A DNA stretch of 64,000 bases from Aquificaceae bacterium. GTDB taxonomy: Bacteria > Aquificota > Aquificia > Aquificales > Aquificaceae. How positions within the stretch are numbered: position 1 is the first letter of the stretch; each line of letters opens with the position of its first letter. Where the stretch lies: the NCBI GenBank assembly GCA_041640635.1, contig JBEPZX010000001.1:104764-168763 (forward strand), in the 5' to 3' direction. The position numbers were made by a program, and so were the translations under genes. Positions 39,204 to 50,085 of the stretch are shown piece by piece. Under the pieces are notes generated by a model that was not told the DNA's origin, ran no database searches, and worked only from the letters and a program-made list of their open reading frames with translations.

Positions 39204-40949
39204 ATGAAACCTGAAAGCAGTGTAAAAACGATCATTATTTTGGAGATAATTTTGCCGGTAGCGTTATTAGTTTTTGGTGTTTATCACGGTGTTCTTCAGG
39301 TTCTCTATAGGGCTGGAATAATAAAGGATATGTCTTTTTTAGGAATAGAGTACTATCAAGGATTGACACTGCATGGGGTAATAAATGCTATAGTGTTTAC
39401 TACTTTTCTAATAGTAGCCTTTGGTAATATCATGTTTTGGTATCTTCTTAAAAAGCCATTAAGGGTAGGAGTTCAATGGATTTCTTTTCTTCTGATGCTT
39501 GTAGGCACCTTAATGGCTGCATGGGCTATGTTTACGGGTAAAGCCAACGTTTTGTATACTTTCTATCCACCTTTGCTTGCACATTGGACCTTTTACTTAG
39601 GTGCGGCTCTTTTGATTGTAGGCTCCATTATTCCACTGTTTTTTGATTGGTTACCTAACTATATAGCTTGGAAGAGAGAAAATCCAGATAAGAAAGTTCC
39701 GATAGGTGTGTATGGAGTATTTGTAAACCACATAATGTGGGTTATTATGATCGTTCCTGTTGTAATAGAGGTTCTCTTTCAACTCTTACCACTTTCTCTT
39801 GGTATTGTAGAAGAGATTAATCCATCTTTGGCTAGAACACTATTTTGGGCTTTTGGACATCCTGTGGTTTACTTTTGGCTTTTACCTGCTTACACCATGC
39901 TTTATCAGATTCTTCCTAAATTAGTTTCAGAAAAAGGTGCTCTCTTCTCAGATGGAGCTGCACGACTTGCTTTTATACTTTTCTTAATCTTTTCTTTCCC
40001 TGTAGGTTTACACCATCAATTTACAGAGCCAGGTATCACCGACAACTATAAACTTATACATGCACTATTTACTTTTGGAGTTGCCGTTCCTAGCTTCTTG
40101 ACAGCTTTTAGTGTAGCTGCATCTCTCGAATACTCTATAAAGGCCCAGTACCCTCACCTAAAGGATTCTCTTTTCGCTTGGTGGGCAAAGATCCCATACA
40201 TATCTACACAAGGTGACAAATGGGTCGTTTCCTACTACATGGCTGGTTTATTTATGTTCCTTATAGGTGGAATAACAGGCATAATAAATGCTTCTTACAA
40301 TCTCAACCTGGTAGTTCACAATACGGCATGGGTACCTGCTCACTTTCATACGACAGTTGGCGGTCTAGTTACACTCATATTCCTAGGTATGTCTCTATTT
40401 TTCATATCAAGACTTACAGGTAAAGAAGTAAAGCTTAAAGGAGTAGCAGCTTTAGCTCCATGGCTTTGGCTAATAGGTTTTGCTATTTTCAACGTAGCTT
40501 ATTCAATAGCAGGAGTAGAAGGTATGCCAAGAAGGACTAATATGGGACCTAGTTACTCCAATCCTGAATCTCCAATATTTGCAATGGAATGGATGCCAGA
40601 AGCTGTAGCTGGTGCTATAGGTGGTACCATAGCTGGTATAGGTTTTGTATTCTTCTTGGTATCCTTTATAGTTACGCTGTTTTCTCCAAAGACAAAGGAG
40701 GAAACCTTAGAGTTCCCAGTAGCTTCAGCGTATCATGATGAAAAAATGCCAGCACTCCAAAAACTTACTCCATGGGTTGTTTTCTCATCCTTACTCTTCT
40801 TAATTGCATATATACCTCCTATCTATGATGTGGCAAAGCGTGGAGTATTTTTCGATTCCCCAGGCTACAACGACAAGAGCCCTATACCGGTTACTAAACC
40901 TCAATCTGCTAAGGAAGAAGTGGAAAATAAGGAAGCTTCGATTAAATGA
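39204..40949 (+). CDS. cbaA: ba3-type (B-family) cytochrome c oxidase subunit I
   Basis: YYQGLTLHG, LYTFYPPL, FWAFGHPVVYFWLLP, GLHHQF, HNTAWVPAHFH, GMPRR. Confidence 0.95.
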   Translation: MKPESSVKTIIILEIILPVALLVFGVYHGVLQVLYRAGIIKDMSFLGIEYYQGLTLHGVINAIVFTTFLIVAFGNIMFWYLLKKPLRVGVQWISFLLMLVGTLMAAWAMFTGKANVLYTFYPPLLAHWTFYLGAALLIVGSIIPLFFDWLPNYIAWKRENPDKKVPIGVYGVFVNHIMWVIMIVPVVIEVLFQLLPLSLGIVEEINPSLARTLFWAFGHPVVYFWLLPAYTMLYQILPKLVSEKGALFSDGAARLAFILFLIFSFPVGLHHQFTEPGITDNYKLIHALFTFGVAVPSFLTAFSVAASLEYSIKAQYPHLKDSLFAWWAKIPYISTQGDKWVVSYYMAGLFMFLIGGITGIINASYNLNLVVHNTAWVPAHFHTTVGGLVTLIFLGMSLFFISRLTGKEVKLKGVAALAPWLWLIGFAIFNVAYSIAGVEGMPRRTNMGPSYSNPESPIFAMEWMPEAVAGAIGGTIAGIGFVFFLVSFIVTLFSPKTKEETLEFPVASAYHDEKMPALQKLTPWVVFSSLLFLIAYIPPIYDVAKRGVFFDSPGYNDKSPIPVTKPQSAKEEVENKEASIK

Positions 40950-41689
40950 GGTGTTCCCTCGTGCGTTTAGTGTTGTTTTTGGGGCTTTTGCCCCTGCTTT
41001 TTATAATACCAACTTCGGTAAAGGCTCAAAACTCAGGCACAGGCATCCCACCTAATGAATCGAGGACTTTAAATAAACCATTACCCAACGTAAAATTGGT
41101 AGATCATACAGGTAAGGTCTTTAACATATACGAGCTAAGGGGTAAGCCCTTAATAATCAGTCCAATATATACGCATTGCCAATCTGCTTGTCCATTAATA
41201 ACAGATTCCCTAAAATCAGCTATCTATAAACTTGGTACACCTGGGAAGGATTTCTTTGTAGTATCCTTCACCTTTGACCCAGAAGATAAGATCGATGATT
41301 TGAAAAAATTCAGAATAGAAAAAAATATATATGACGATGGGTGGCTTACAGTTAAGGCTTACAGTAAAGAAGATCTTTTTAAACTAGTAGATGCTCTTGA
41401 TTTTAGATTTATGACAGTCTACGAAACTAGAGATTTTATACATCCCAATTTAGTAGCCTTCATATCATCAGATTTAGTTTTGAAGAAATATGTATATGGA
41501 GTTGTATTTAAAGAAGAAGATTTGGAAAAAGCACTAAGGTATACAAAAGGAGAGGTAAGTATAGCTGAATACCTAAGACCATATATATTTTTCATCAGCC
41601 TCGTTGGTATAATTGCTATATCCCTTTTTATCTTAGTTAAGCTCTTTTCGAGATCTTCCCAAAAAATAAAAGCTGCTAAATATCTGTAG
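40946..41689 (+). CDS. SCO family copper chaperone
   Basis: YTHCQSACP, FIHP; the start may instead be GTG 40961. Confidence 0.88.
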   Translation: MRCSLVRLVLFLGLLPLLFIIPTSVKAQNSGTGIPPNESRTLNKPLPNVKLVDHTGKVFNIYELRGKPLIISPIYTHCQSACPLITDSLKSAIYKLGTPGKDFFVVSFTFDPEDKIDDLKKFRIEKNIYDDGWLTVKAYSKEDLFKLVDALDFRFMTVYETRDFIHPNLVAFISSDLVLKKYVYGVVFKEEDLEKALRYTKGEVSIAEYLRPYIFFISLVGIIAISLFILVKLFSRSSQKIKAAKYL

Positions 41690-41703
41690 TTTTATAATAA
41701 GCT

Positions 41704-41725
41704 AAAAAAAAAGGGCAAGAAGCCC
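41704..41725 (-). terminator. Rho-independent terminator after glnA
   Basis: GGGC-TTCTT-GCCC followed by T9 on the minus strand. Confidence 0.65.
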
Positions 41726-41732
41726 GCAAATA

Positions 41733-43142
41733 CTAAATGTCAAAGTAGAGTTCAAATTCTCTTGGATGAGGAATGAATCTTAATGCATCTACTTCCTTTT
41801 TCTTTGATGATATCCATGAGTGTATTATGTCTTCTGTAAATACACCGCCCTTTAGTAAGAATTCGTAGTCATTTTCCAATGCCTTTAAAGATTCTTCTAA
41901 GGAACCTGGTAATTGTGGTATATCCTTTAATTCCTCTGGTGGCAGAGAGTATATATCCTTGTCAAAAGGTTCTCCTGGGTGAATTCTGTTTTCTATGCCA
42001 TCAATAGCTGCCATAAGTATGGCTGAAAATGCCAAATATGGATTACATGTAGGGTCTGGAAATCTTATTTCTATTCTCTTTGCTTTTTTGGATTGAGAGT
42101 ACATAGGTATTCTAATTGCTGCTGATCTATTTCTTGCAGAATACGCAAGTCTTACAGGTGCTTCAAACCCTGGAACCAGCCTATGGTAAGAGTTTATTGT
42201 TGGGTTTGTGAAAGCTGTTAGAGCAGGTCCGTGCTTCAATATACCACCTATAGCATAAAGGGCTAATTCCGATAGTCCTGCGTATTCAGAGCCTGCAAAA
42301 AGGTTTTCTCCGTTTTTCCATATAGAAAAGTGAGTATGCATACCGGATCCGTTGTCATCTGGGAGCACTTTTGGCATAAAGGTTGCATACTTTCCATACC
42401 TTGCTGCAACGTTTCTTACTACGTATTTGTACAAAAACATATTGTCTGCCTGCTTTAGCAAAGAGTCGTATCTAATATCTATTTCTCCTTGACCAGCTGT
42501 TGCAACTTCGTGGTGATGAAGCTCAACTATAATTCCAAGCTCCGACATTATCGAGACCATTTCATTTCTGAGATGGTGAGTTTTGTCGAGAGGAGGTGCT
42601 GGGAAGTACCCTCTTTTGTTTGGAATTTTGTAACCAGAGGAAGTAATTTCTCTATTCCACCATCCTTCTTCCGAGTCTATCTTCCAAAAAGCATAGTTGG
42701 ATGCTGTTCCAAATTCCACAGAATCAAAGATGAAAAACTCTGCTTCTGGTCCATAGTAAGCCACATCACCTATGCCAGTTTGCTTTAAGTATTGCTCAGC
42801 TTTTTGAGCTACGTATCTGGTATCTCTTTCGTATCTTTCACGTGTTATAGGATCATATACATCACAGATGATAGCCAAGGTCTTTGGTTCTAAAAAAGTG
42901 TCAACAAATGCTGTTGATGGGTCAGGTATCAGTATCATATCTGACTCGTTTATGGATTGCCAGCCTCTTATAGAAGAACCATCGAATCCTCTTCCACTTT
43001 CGAAAGTGTCCATAGAAAACTCGTAAGCAGGCACGGTCAGATGCTGCCACTGACCAAAGAGGTCAGAAAACCTGAGGTCTACATATTGCACATCTTCCTT
43101 TTCGATAATGCTTAGTATTTCCTCAGCTGTGTACTTAGGCAT
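41733..43142 (-). CDS. glnA: Glutamine synthetase type I
   Basis: FDGSSI, HHEVA, NGSGMH, NRSAAIRIP, DIYSLPPEE (adenylylation Tyr). Confidence 0.98.
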   Translation of the reverse strand: MPKYTAEEILSIIEKEDVQYVDLRFSDLFGQWQHLTVPAYEFSMDTFESGRGFDGSSIRGWQSINESDMILIPDPSTAFVDTFLEPKTLAIICDVYDPITRERYERDTRYVAQKAEQYLKQTGIGDVAYYGPEAEFFIFDSVEFGTASNYAFWKIDSEEGWWNREITSSGYKIPNKRGYFPAPPLDKTHHLRNEMVSIMSELGIIVELHHHEVATAGQGEIDIRYDSLLKQADNMFLYKYVVRNVAARYGKYATFMPKVLPDDNGSGMHTHFSIWKNGENLFAGSEYAGLSELALYAIGGILKHGPALTAFTNPTINSYHRLVPGFEAPVRLAYSARNRSAAIRIPMYSQSKKAKRIEIRFPDPTCNPYLAFSAILMAAIDGIENRIHPGEPFDKDIYSLPPEELKDIPQLPGSLEESLKALENDYEFLLKGGVFTEDIIHSWISSKKKEVDALRFIPHPREFELYFDI

Positions 43143-43365
43143 TTTTTACTCCTCCTAATTCTAGATACCTAGATCTAGATTGGGGTATTTTTATCCCGCC
43201 TTTGTAATAAGCTGTTCTTTCCCCAACAGGCGGTTTTAGAACAGCTTTAAGATAGTGAAAACTTGGTTTATTTAGGGATTTTAAGAGCTTTTTAACATGG
43301 ATAACATAAATTTTTAGAAACGGCTCACTTTCACCAGCTAACATCTTTAACAGTAAACAGGTTAT

Positions 43366-43394
43366 ATTATAGTACCTTTATTAATTTATGTCAA
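43366..43394 (-). promoter_or_regulatory. Sigma70 promoter of glnA
   Basis: Perfect TTGACA-17 bp-TATAAT on the minus strand, about 220 nt upstream of the glnA ATG. Confidence 0.8.
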
Positions 43395-43461
43395 CTATTT
43401 ATCTTTACCTAAGATAGGTAATTTTGTACTAGATGACAAAAAGCTTAAATTTAAAAATAGT

Positions 43462-45453
43462 ATGATAAAGGAGAAAACCTTTGAGTTGGTAACTTCGCTT
43501 AAACCATCAGGTGATCAACCAAAAGCTATAGAAAGTATTTTACAGAATTTGGAAAAGGGTACAAAAGTTCAAGTTCTCTTAGGTGCTACAGGAACAGGTA
43601 AAACTTTTACTTTAGCAAATGTTATAGCAAAACACAATAAACCCACCTTAGTTTTGGCACATAACAAAATATTGGCTGCACAGCTTTATCGAGAATTTAA
43701 GGAGCTTTTTCCTAATAACGCTGTAGAGTATTTCATATCTTATTATGATTATTACCAACCGGAAGCTTACATACCTGAGAAAGATTTATACATAGAAAAA
43801 GATGCATCAATAAACGAAATACTCGAAAGATATAGACACTCGGCCACGGTCTCTGTACTGGAAAGAAGAGATGTTATAGTAGTTGCTTCTGTGTCTTGCA
43901 TTTATGGACTTGGTTCACCAGATCACTATTGGAATTTGAGAATTCCTGTGAGTATAGGTGACAGAATCAGCATTAGCAAACTTGTTAGGAAGCTTGTAGA
44001 GATAGGATATTCCAACAACAATTATGCTTACAAGCGCGCAACCTTTTCCATAAAAGGCAATGCTTTAGAAGTAGTCCCGTCTGATTTGGAAGATCAGATT
44101 GTAAGGTTGGAATTTTGGGATGACGAAGTAGAGAGTATAACTCTTATGGATGAGTTAAACAGACATATTATAAAAGAACTAAACAAAATTACCTTCTTTC
44201 CTGCCTCTCACTACATAGCGCCAAGAGAAATAATAGAACAAGCAATAGAGCAAATAGAAAGAGACTTAGAAGAAAGAGTTAATTACTTTAAGAACGAAGG
44301 AAAGCTTGTAGAAGCCCAAAGGTTATATCAAAGGACTATGCACGATATAGAGATGATAAGAGAGCTGGGACATTGCAAAGGTATAGAAAATTATTCACGC
44401 TACTTTGATGGTAGAAAACCAGGAGAACCTCCTTTTACGTTGCTTGATTACTTTCCAGATGACTTTTTACTTATAGTTGATGAGTCTCACGTAACTATAC
44501 CACAAGTTAGAGCCATGTATAACGGAGACAGATCCAGAAAAGAAAAGCTTGTAGAGTACGGTTGGAGATTACCTTCTGCCCTGGATAACAGACCATTAAA
44601 GTTCGAAGAGTTTCTAGAAAGATTAAATCAAGTTATTTTGGTGTCTGCTACACCTTCCCAATGGGATTTGGATTTTTCACAGAATGTGGTTGTAGAACAG
44701 ATAGTCAGACCTACAGGTCTTTTGGACCCAATAGTAGAAGTTAGGCCTACCAAAGGACAACTGGAAAACTTAGTATGGGAAATCCAGAAGGTAAAAGAGA
44801 GAAAAGAGAAAGCCATAGTGTTAACAACAACCAAGAGACTTGCTGAAGATGTAGCAGAGTACTTCAACGAAAGGCAGATAAAAGCGAAGTATATGCATTC
44901 AGAACTAGATGCTATAGAGAGAGCCAAAATAGTCAAGGAGTTGAGAGAAGGATTCATAGATGTTATTGTGGGTGTTAACTTGCTAAGAGAGGGTTTGGAT
45001 CTACCAGAGGTCTCATTGGTTGCTATCTTGGAAGCTGACAAGGAAGGATTTTTGAGAAGTACCACATCCCTGATACAAATAATAGGTAGATGTGCAAGAA
45101 ATGTTAATGGAAAGGCTATTTTGTATGCAGATAATATAACCCAATCTATGAAAAAGGCTATTGAAGAAACAAATAGGAGGAGAAAATTGCAAGAAAAGTA
45201 CAATAGGGAACATAATATAACACCAAAAAGTGTGGTAAAACCTGTAAAGGACTTACTAGCCATAGAGGAGTTGGATTATGTAAAACTTCCCACTAAATTA
45301 CCAAAAGGTGTAAAAAGTGAAGGAGATATAATAGAACGTATAAATAAGTTAGAAAGGGAGATGTGGGATTTGGCAAAGAGGTGGGAGTTTGAAAAAGCTG
45401 CAAAAATAAGAGATGAAATTAAAAAATTGAGGGATCTTTTGAACTTAGTATAG
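43462..45453 (+). CDS. uvrB: Excinuclease ABC subunit B
   Basis: [29 protein letters not shown]-terminal UVR ([10 protein letters not shown]). Confidence 0.98.
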   Translation: MIKEKTFELVTSLKPSGDQPKAIESILQNLEKGTKVQVLLGATGTGKTFTLANVIAKHNKPTLVLAHNKILAAQLYREFKELFPNNAVEYFISYYDYYQPEAYIPEKDLYIEKDASINEILERYRHSATVSVLERRDVIVVASVSCIYGLGSPDHYWNLRIPVSIGDRISISKLVRKLVEIGYSNNNYAYKRATFSIKGNALEVVPSDLEDQIVRLEFWDDEVESITLMDELNRHIIKELNKITFFPASHYIAPREIIEQAIEQIERDLEERVNYFKNEGKLVEAQRLYQRTMHDIEMIRELGHCKGIENYSRYFDGRKPGEPPFTLLDYFPDDFLLIVDESHVTIPQVRAMYNGDRSRKEKLVEYGWRLPSALDNRPLKFEEFLERLNQVILVSATPSQWDLDFSQNVVVEQIVRPTGLLDPIVEVRPTKGQLENLVWEIQKVKERKEKAIVLTTTKRLAEDVAEYFNERQIKAKYMHSELDAIERAKIVKELREGFIDVIVGVNLLREGLDLPEVSLVAILEADKEGFLRSTTSLIQIIGRCARNVNGKAILYADNITQSMKKAIEETNRRRKLQEKYNREHNITPKSVVKPVKDLLAIEELDYVKLPTKLPKGVKSEGDIIERINKLEREMWDLAKRWEFEKAAKIRDEIKKLRDLLNLV

Positions 45454-45464
45454 GAGGTGAAGTT

Positions 45465-46091
45465 GTGCACAAGTTTGATGTAAATAAATTAAAAAAATTG
45501 GATGATCCAGAAAGGTTAAATCTTTTCGATCCAGAGAAACTTCTCAAAGATTTTGGAATAAGACAAGGTATGAAAGTTTTGGATGTAGGAACCGGAGCAG
45601 GTTTCTACTTACCATACCTTTCAAAAGCTGTAGGAGAAAAAGGGTATGTTTATGCTATAGATATTCAACCTTTGGCTGTTGAATACGCAAAAAACAAAGT
45701 CTCTCAATTGGGACTTTCCAATGTAGAAGTTCTTTTGAGCGTTGAAAATGGAATTCCATTGGATGATAATACCGTAGATTTCGTATTCATGGCATTTGTA
45801 TTTCATGAGTTGGAAAACCCTTTGGAGTTTCTGAAGGAACTGGAGAGAGTGAGCAAGCCCTTTGGGTATTTATGCATAGTAGATTGGAAAAAAGAGGAGA
45901 GAGATAAGGGACCTCCACCTGAAGAAGTGTATTCAGAATGGGAAATAGGGCTAATTCTTGAGGATGCCCAAATAAGAGTTGGTAGGATGGTGGAAATAGG
46001 CAAGTACTGCTTTGGAGTGTATGCCATGTTTCCCGATAGAAATTTAGAAAGCAAATTCAATTCTCCTATAAAAATACCACCTGGGCTATGA
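45465..46091 (+). CDS. Class I SAM-dependent methyltransferase
   Basis: VLDVGTGAG, YAIDIQ, VFHE, DWKK...GPP. Confidence 0.88.
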   Translation: MHKFDVNKLKKLDDPERLNLFDPEKLLKDFGIRQGMKVLDVGTGAGFYLPYLSKAVGEKGYVYAIDIQPLAVEYAKNKVSQLGLSNVEVLLSVENGIPLDDNTVDFVFMAFVFHELENPLEFLKELERVSKPFGYLCIVDWKKEERDKGPPPEEVYSEWEIGLILEDAQIRVGRMVEIGKYCFGVYAMFPDRNLESKFNSPIKIPPGL

Positions 46092-46531
46092 AAGAAGAAA
46101 GGGTTCTAGAGTACTTAATTAAGGAGAAGGGAATAGATAAGGAAAAACTAAAAAAAATACTAGAAAATAAACCGAAAAGCGAAGATATAGTTTCCTTTTT
46201 AATTGGAGTAGGTCTAATTTCATATGAAGATCTGAATGCTCTTGCCGAGTTTACTTTCTCTAGACAGCCAATAAATAAAAATATATTGGAAAAACAGGGT
46301 ATAACTTTTGAAGATGCTTACTTTCACTATATTAGGTGTGATGGTGTCTTGTTTACGGTACCATACTACCATATAAGAGCCATAGAAAAATGTAAAAATA
46401 ATATAAACATATATACTGGGGGGATTGAAAAAATAAGCATAGAATTGGAAGATGAGGATTCAGCTGAGGCTTTTTTGGATATAGTTCTTTTGTATATAGA
46501 TAAAATATTTTTACAAAGGCTCAGTATTTGA
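46088..46531 (+). CDS. Hypothetical protein (N-terminus weakly MshEN-like)
   Basis: ATGA overlap with the upstream gene; 147-aa ORF. Confidence 0.65.
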   Translation: MKEERVLEYLIKEKGIDKEKLKKILENKPKSEDIVSFLIGVGLISYEDLNALAEFTFSRQPINKNILEKQGITFEDAYFHYIRCDGVLFTVPYYHIRAIEKCKNNINIYTGGIEKISIELEDEDSAEAFLDIVLLYIDKIFLQRLSI

Positions 46532-46549
46532 ACTTTAAAAGTAGTTGAT

Positions 46550-46936
46550 TCACACCCATTCTTCCTTAAGAAAGCTTATTGGTTTTCTACCTGCAAAACC
46601 TTCGTCCAGCTCATGCCAATACATAATAGTGTCTTCATCCTCTTTCCAGCAATACCAAATATATCTATTTTCGTAAAATCCAAGAAAATCTACAAGTATT
46701 GGATCTATACCTTTTATTACACCTCCTAAAGCTTCTATCTTCTCAAAGTGTCTGCGTATTTGTTCATCCAACTCTTTTATTTGTGTCTCTTTGTACATTT
46801 TCTCTAACATATCCGTTTCTTCCTGAATTTCTTCAAGCACATTGTAGATTTCCTGTCTTTTTATGTTTATAGCTTCCACGAGAGGTTTAATCAAAACTAA
46901 AGCTTCTCTTGCACCGTCTAAGTCAAAGACCTTCAT
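46550..46936 (-). CDS. DUF2203 family protein
   Basis: FDLDGA..L, coiled coil, IKG...LVDF, CWK..E..I.YWH...GFAGRKP. Confidence 0.85.
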   Translation of the reverse strand: MKVFDLDGAREALVLIKPLVEAINIKRQEIYNVLEEIQEETDMLEKMYKETQIKELDEQIRRHFEKIEALGGVIKGIDPILVDFLGFYENRYIWYCWKEDEDTIMYWHELDEGFAGRKPISFLKEEWV

Positions 46937-46951
46937 GACTTTAAAATTTAG

Positions 46952-47848
46952 TTAATCTATACAGAGGGTCAAGCCATCCGCTAACTTCAAAGCATTGTTA
47001 TATTCGCTGGAAGTTATTTTGCGACTTAATTCAGGATAATTGAGAGCCTTATACATGGGATAATATTGATTCATTATATTTACCGCTAATTTCCCATCGA
47101 TTGTTTTTAGAAAAGATAGTGCATTCTCTGTTTGAGAAATACTGTTGGGCAAGATAAGGTGTCTGACCAGTAACCCCCTATACGCAACTCCTTTATCATC
47201 TAATTTTAGGGTTCCCACTTGTTTATACATTTCTTTTATTACTTCTTGAGCTGTGTTCCAGTAGTTCTTTACTTTGGAATATTTTCTTGCTAGGTCGTTG
47301 CTTGCATACTTTAAGTCAGCAAGATAAATATCGACTATACCATCTAATAGCTTAATAGAATCTAAGCTATCGTATGAAGATGTATTGTAAACCACGGGTA
47401 TTCTAAGACCGTCTTTCACTGCCAAATACAATGATTCTATGATTTGGGGAACTACGTGAGACGGGGTGACTAGGTTTACATTGTGGCAACCCATACTTTG
47501 AAGCTTTAGGAACATACGAGACAATTCATATGGTGTGACTGATGTTCCTTCTCCTAATTGACTTATTTGATAATTCTGACAGTAAACACATTTCATATTG
47601 CACCATGAGAAGAACACAGTACCACTGCCTCTTATACCGCGAATAGGCTTTTCTTCCCCAAAGTGAGGAAAATAAGAATCTACTACCGCATATCTGCCAG
47701 TTTTACAAAAACCCTCTTCATTTTTCAATCTATTTACACCACATTTATGGGGACATACATAACAACTTTCAAGCATAGAGAGAGCTTTTTCAATTTTTTC
47801 CTTCCACTGTCTATCACTCAAGTTTAAATAACTTGGAACTCTCTCCAT
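46952..47848 (-). CDS. PflX-like radical SAM protein
   Basis: CYVCPHKCGVNR, HFGEE, GSGTVFF.WCNMKCVYCQN, RHLILP. Confidence 0.88.
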   Translation of the reverse strand: MERVPSYLNLSDRQWKEKIEKALSMLESCYVCPHKCGVNRLKNEEGFCKTGRYAVVDSYFPHFGEEKPIRGIRGSGTVFFSWCNMKCVYCQNYQISQLGEGTSVTPYELSRMFLKLQSMGCHNVNLVTPSHVVPQIIESLYLAVKDGLRIPVVYNTSSYDSLDSIKLLDGIVDIYLADLKYASNDLARKYSKVKNYWNTAQEVIKEMYKQVGTLKLDDKGVAYRGLLVRHLILPNSISQTENALSFLKTIDGKLAVNIMNQYYPMYKALNYPELSRKITSSEYNNALKLADGLTLCID

Positions 47849-47875
47849 CAGTTTTATAATTTATTCTTTGGAGTT

Positions 47876-50085
47876 ATGAAGAAAAAAAATATCTTAATGT
47901 TAGCTGGAATTGTATTTATTCCCCTTGTCTTGTTAATACTTTATGTGATTGTGCTTATTCCAAATCTTCCATCTGTAGAGTCTTTAAAAGACTGGCATCC
48001 CCCAGAAGCTACGGTAGTATATGACTACAAAAATAGAGTTTTTGGTGATGTTGCCCTGCAGAGACGTTATTATGTAGATATTGAAAACATTCCTCCTCAT
48101 GTGAGAAATGCTTTCATATCTGCCGAAGATAGAAACTTTTATCGCCACTTTGGCATAGACCCTATAGCCATAGTGAGAGCCCTGATTGTCAATCTAATCA
48201 GTAGAGATGTAACTCAGGGTGGATCCACTATAACCCAGCAGCTAGCTAAGAATTTATTCCTAACACCAGAAAAAAGCATTACACGCAAAATTAAGGAAGC
48301 CATATTAGCTATCAAAATAGAAAGAACCTTCCAAAAGGATAAGATTTTAGAAATGTATCTCAATTATATATACCTAGGTCAAGGTGCTTATGGTGTAGAA
48401 GCTGCATCCCGTGTGTATTTTGGAAAAAGTGTAAAGGAACTTTCTGTAGAAGAAGCAGCAGTGCTTGCGAGTCTCCCTAAAGCTCCGTCTAGGTTTAATC
48501 CTTTTAGAAACCCTGATAGATTAAAGGAGAGGAGAGATTACATACTTTACAGAATGTACGAAGATGGCTATATATCAAATGAGGAATATGAAAGGCTCAT
48601 CCAAAAACCCATAAAGGTTAATATTGAGAGTAGATATTACGGTATGGATTACTTTCTAGATTACCTAAAAGATTACTTGGTAGAAAAGTATGGAGAGCAA
48701 ATACTAAGAGGTGGTTATAAGGTCTATACTACCATAGATAGAGATCTTCAAAATCATGCTCAAGAAGTTTTAAAAAGGGGTGTTCTTAGAGTAGCCAAAG
48801 CGAATGGAATACCCATACTGCCTGAGGATCCTTATCAAGCTGAGAAAATGTATCAGCAACAGGTAGTGGAAGAAAAACCTGGGAAGGTTTATATATCCAA
48901 AGTATTAGGCTTTATGGGAAATGAAGTGAAAATTTCACTAGGTGATAAAGAGTTTATATTGCCTAGAAACAATTTGACTTTGGAAAAAGGTGATTACGTA
49001 TTTGTAAGATTTTATAAAAAAGGGAAAAGTTTAAGTTTGGACATTTTGCCTGATTTACAAGGTGCTTTAGTTAGTTTAGACGCATCTACTGGAGCAATAA
49101 GGGCAATGGTTGGAGGCTACTCATATCTTAGAAGTCCATACAATAGAGCTGTTTATGCTAAGAGGCAACCTGGTTCTGCTATAAAACCCATAATATACCT
49201 TGCTGCCTTGATGAAAGGTTATACTCAAGTTTCCTTAATAGATGCTACACCCAGAAGCTTTTATGACCCTTCGACCGGGAAAGATTGGACACCATCCAAC
49301 TATGAAGGTGCAGAGTATGGTACCCTGACATTAAGACAGGCTTTGGCAAAGAGTGTAAACACAGCAACTGTAAATCTTTTGGCTGATATTGGATTTGATA
49401 CTCCTATAGAAATTGGTAGGCTTTTAGGCATAGAGCTAAAACCTTACTATTCTATGGCCTTGGGAAGTATCGAAGTTACACCAATGGAACTAGTTTCTGC
49501 TTTTCAAGCTTTTGCTAGCATGGGGAACTACTGTAAACCTTACTTTATACAGAAGATTGTTGCTCCTGATGGAAGTATACTAGAAGAACAATCACCTCAA
49601 TGTCAAGTTGTATTACCTGCTCAAGAAACAAGAGTTTTAGTTGATATGCTTAGAGCTGTTGTTTTAGAAGGAACAGCTGTAGCTGCTAGTTCTATGGATA
49701 GAATAGTAGCAGGTAAAACGGGAACAACTAATGATTATGCTGATGCTTGGTTCATTGGCTTTTCCCCTAACATAGTGACAGGTGTGTGGGTTGGTTTTGA
49801 TCTAAGGAAGAGTATGGGGAAAGGAATGGCAGGTGCAAGGGTAGCCCTTCCTATATGGATAGATTTTATGTCTGTAGCTGCTTTTATGTATCCAAAGGAA
49901 GATTTTCCATTGTTAGATGGTACAGTCATAGTAGATTGCCCTCAGCCTATGGTCTTCGTTGAAGGAACTCAGAGTGTATGTAACAAGCAACTCCAAGAAT
50001 CCAAGGAAAAAGGGAATGAGCTAGAAGGAATCGTAGATCCTAAGTTTCTAAAAAATCCTGAAGGACCGAAGATTAAAGAAGTACC

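Noticed and set aside
44628..45263. 211-aa antisense ORF inside uvrB, and similar shadows (e.g. 61385-61846, 16778-17194, 27098-27454, 302-544, 726-926)
   Set aside because: Each lies on top of a confidently identified gene on the other strand or frame, has the S/F/L-rich composition typical of antisense frames, and shows no recognisable motifs.
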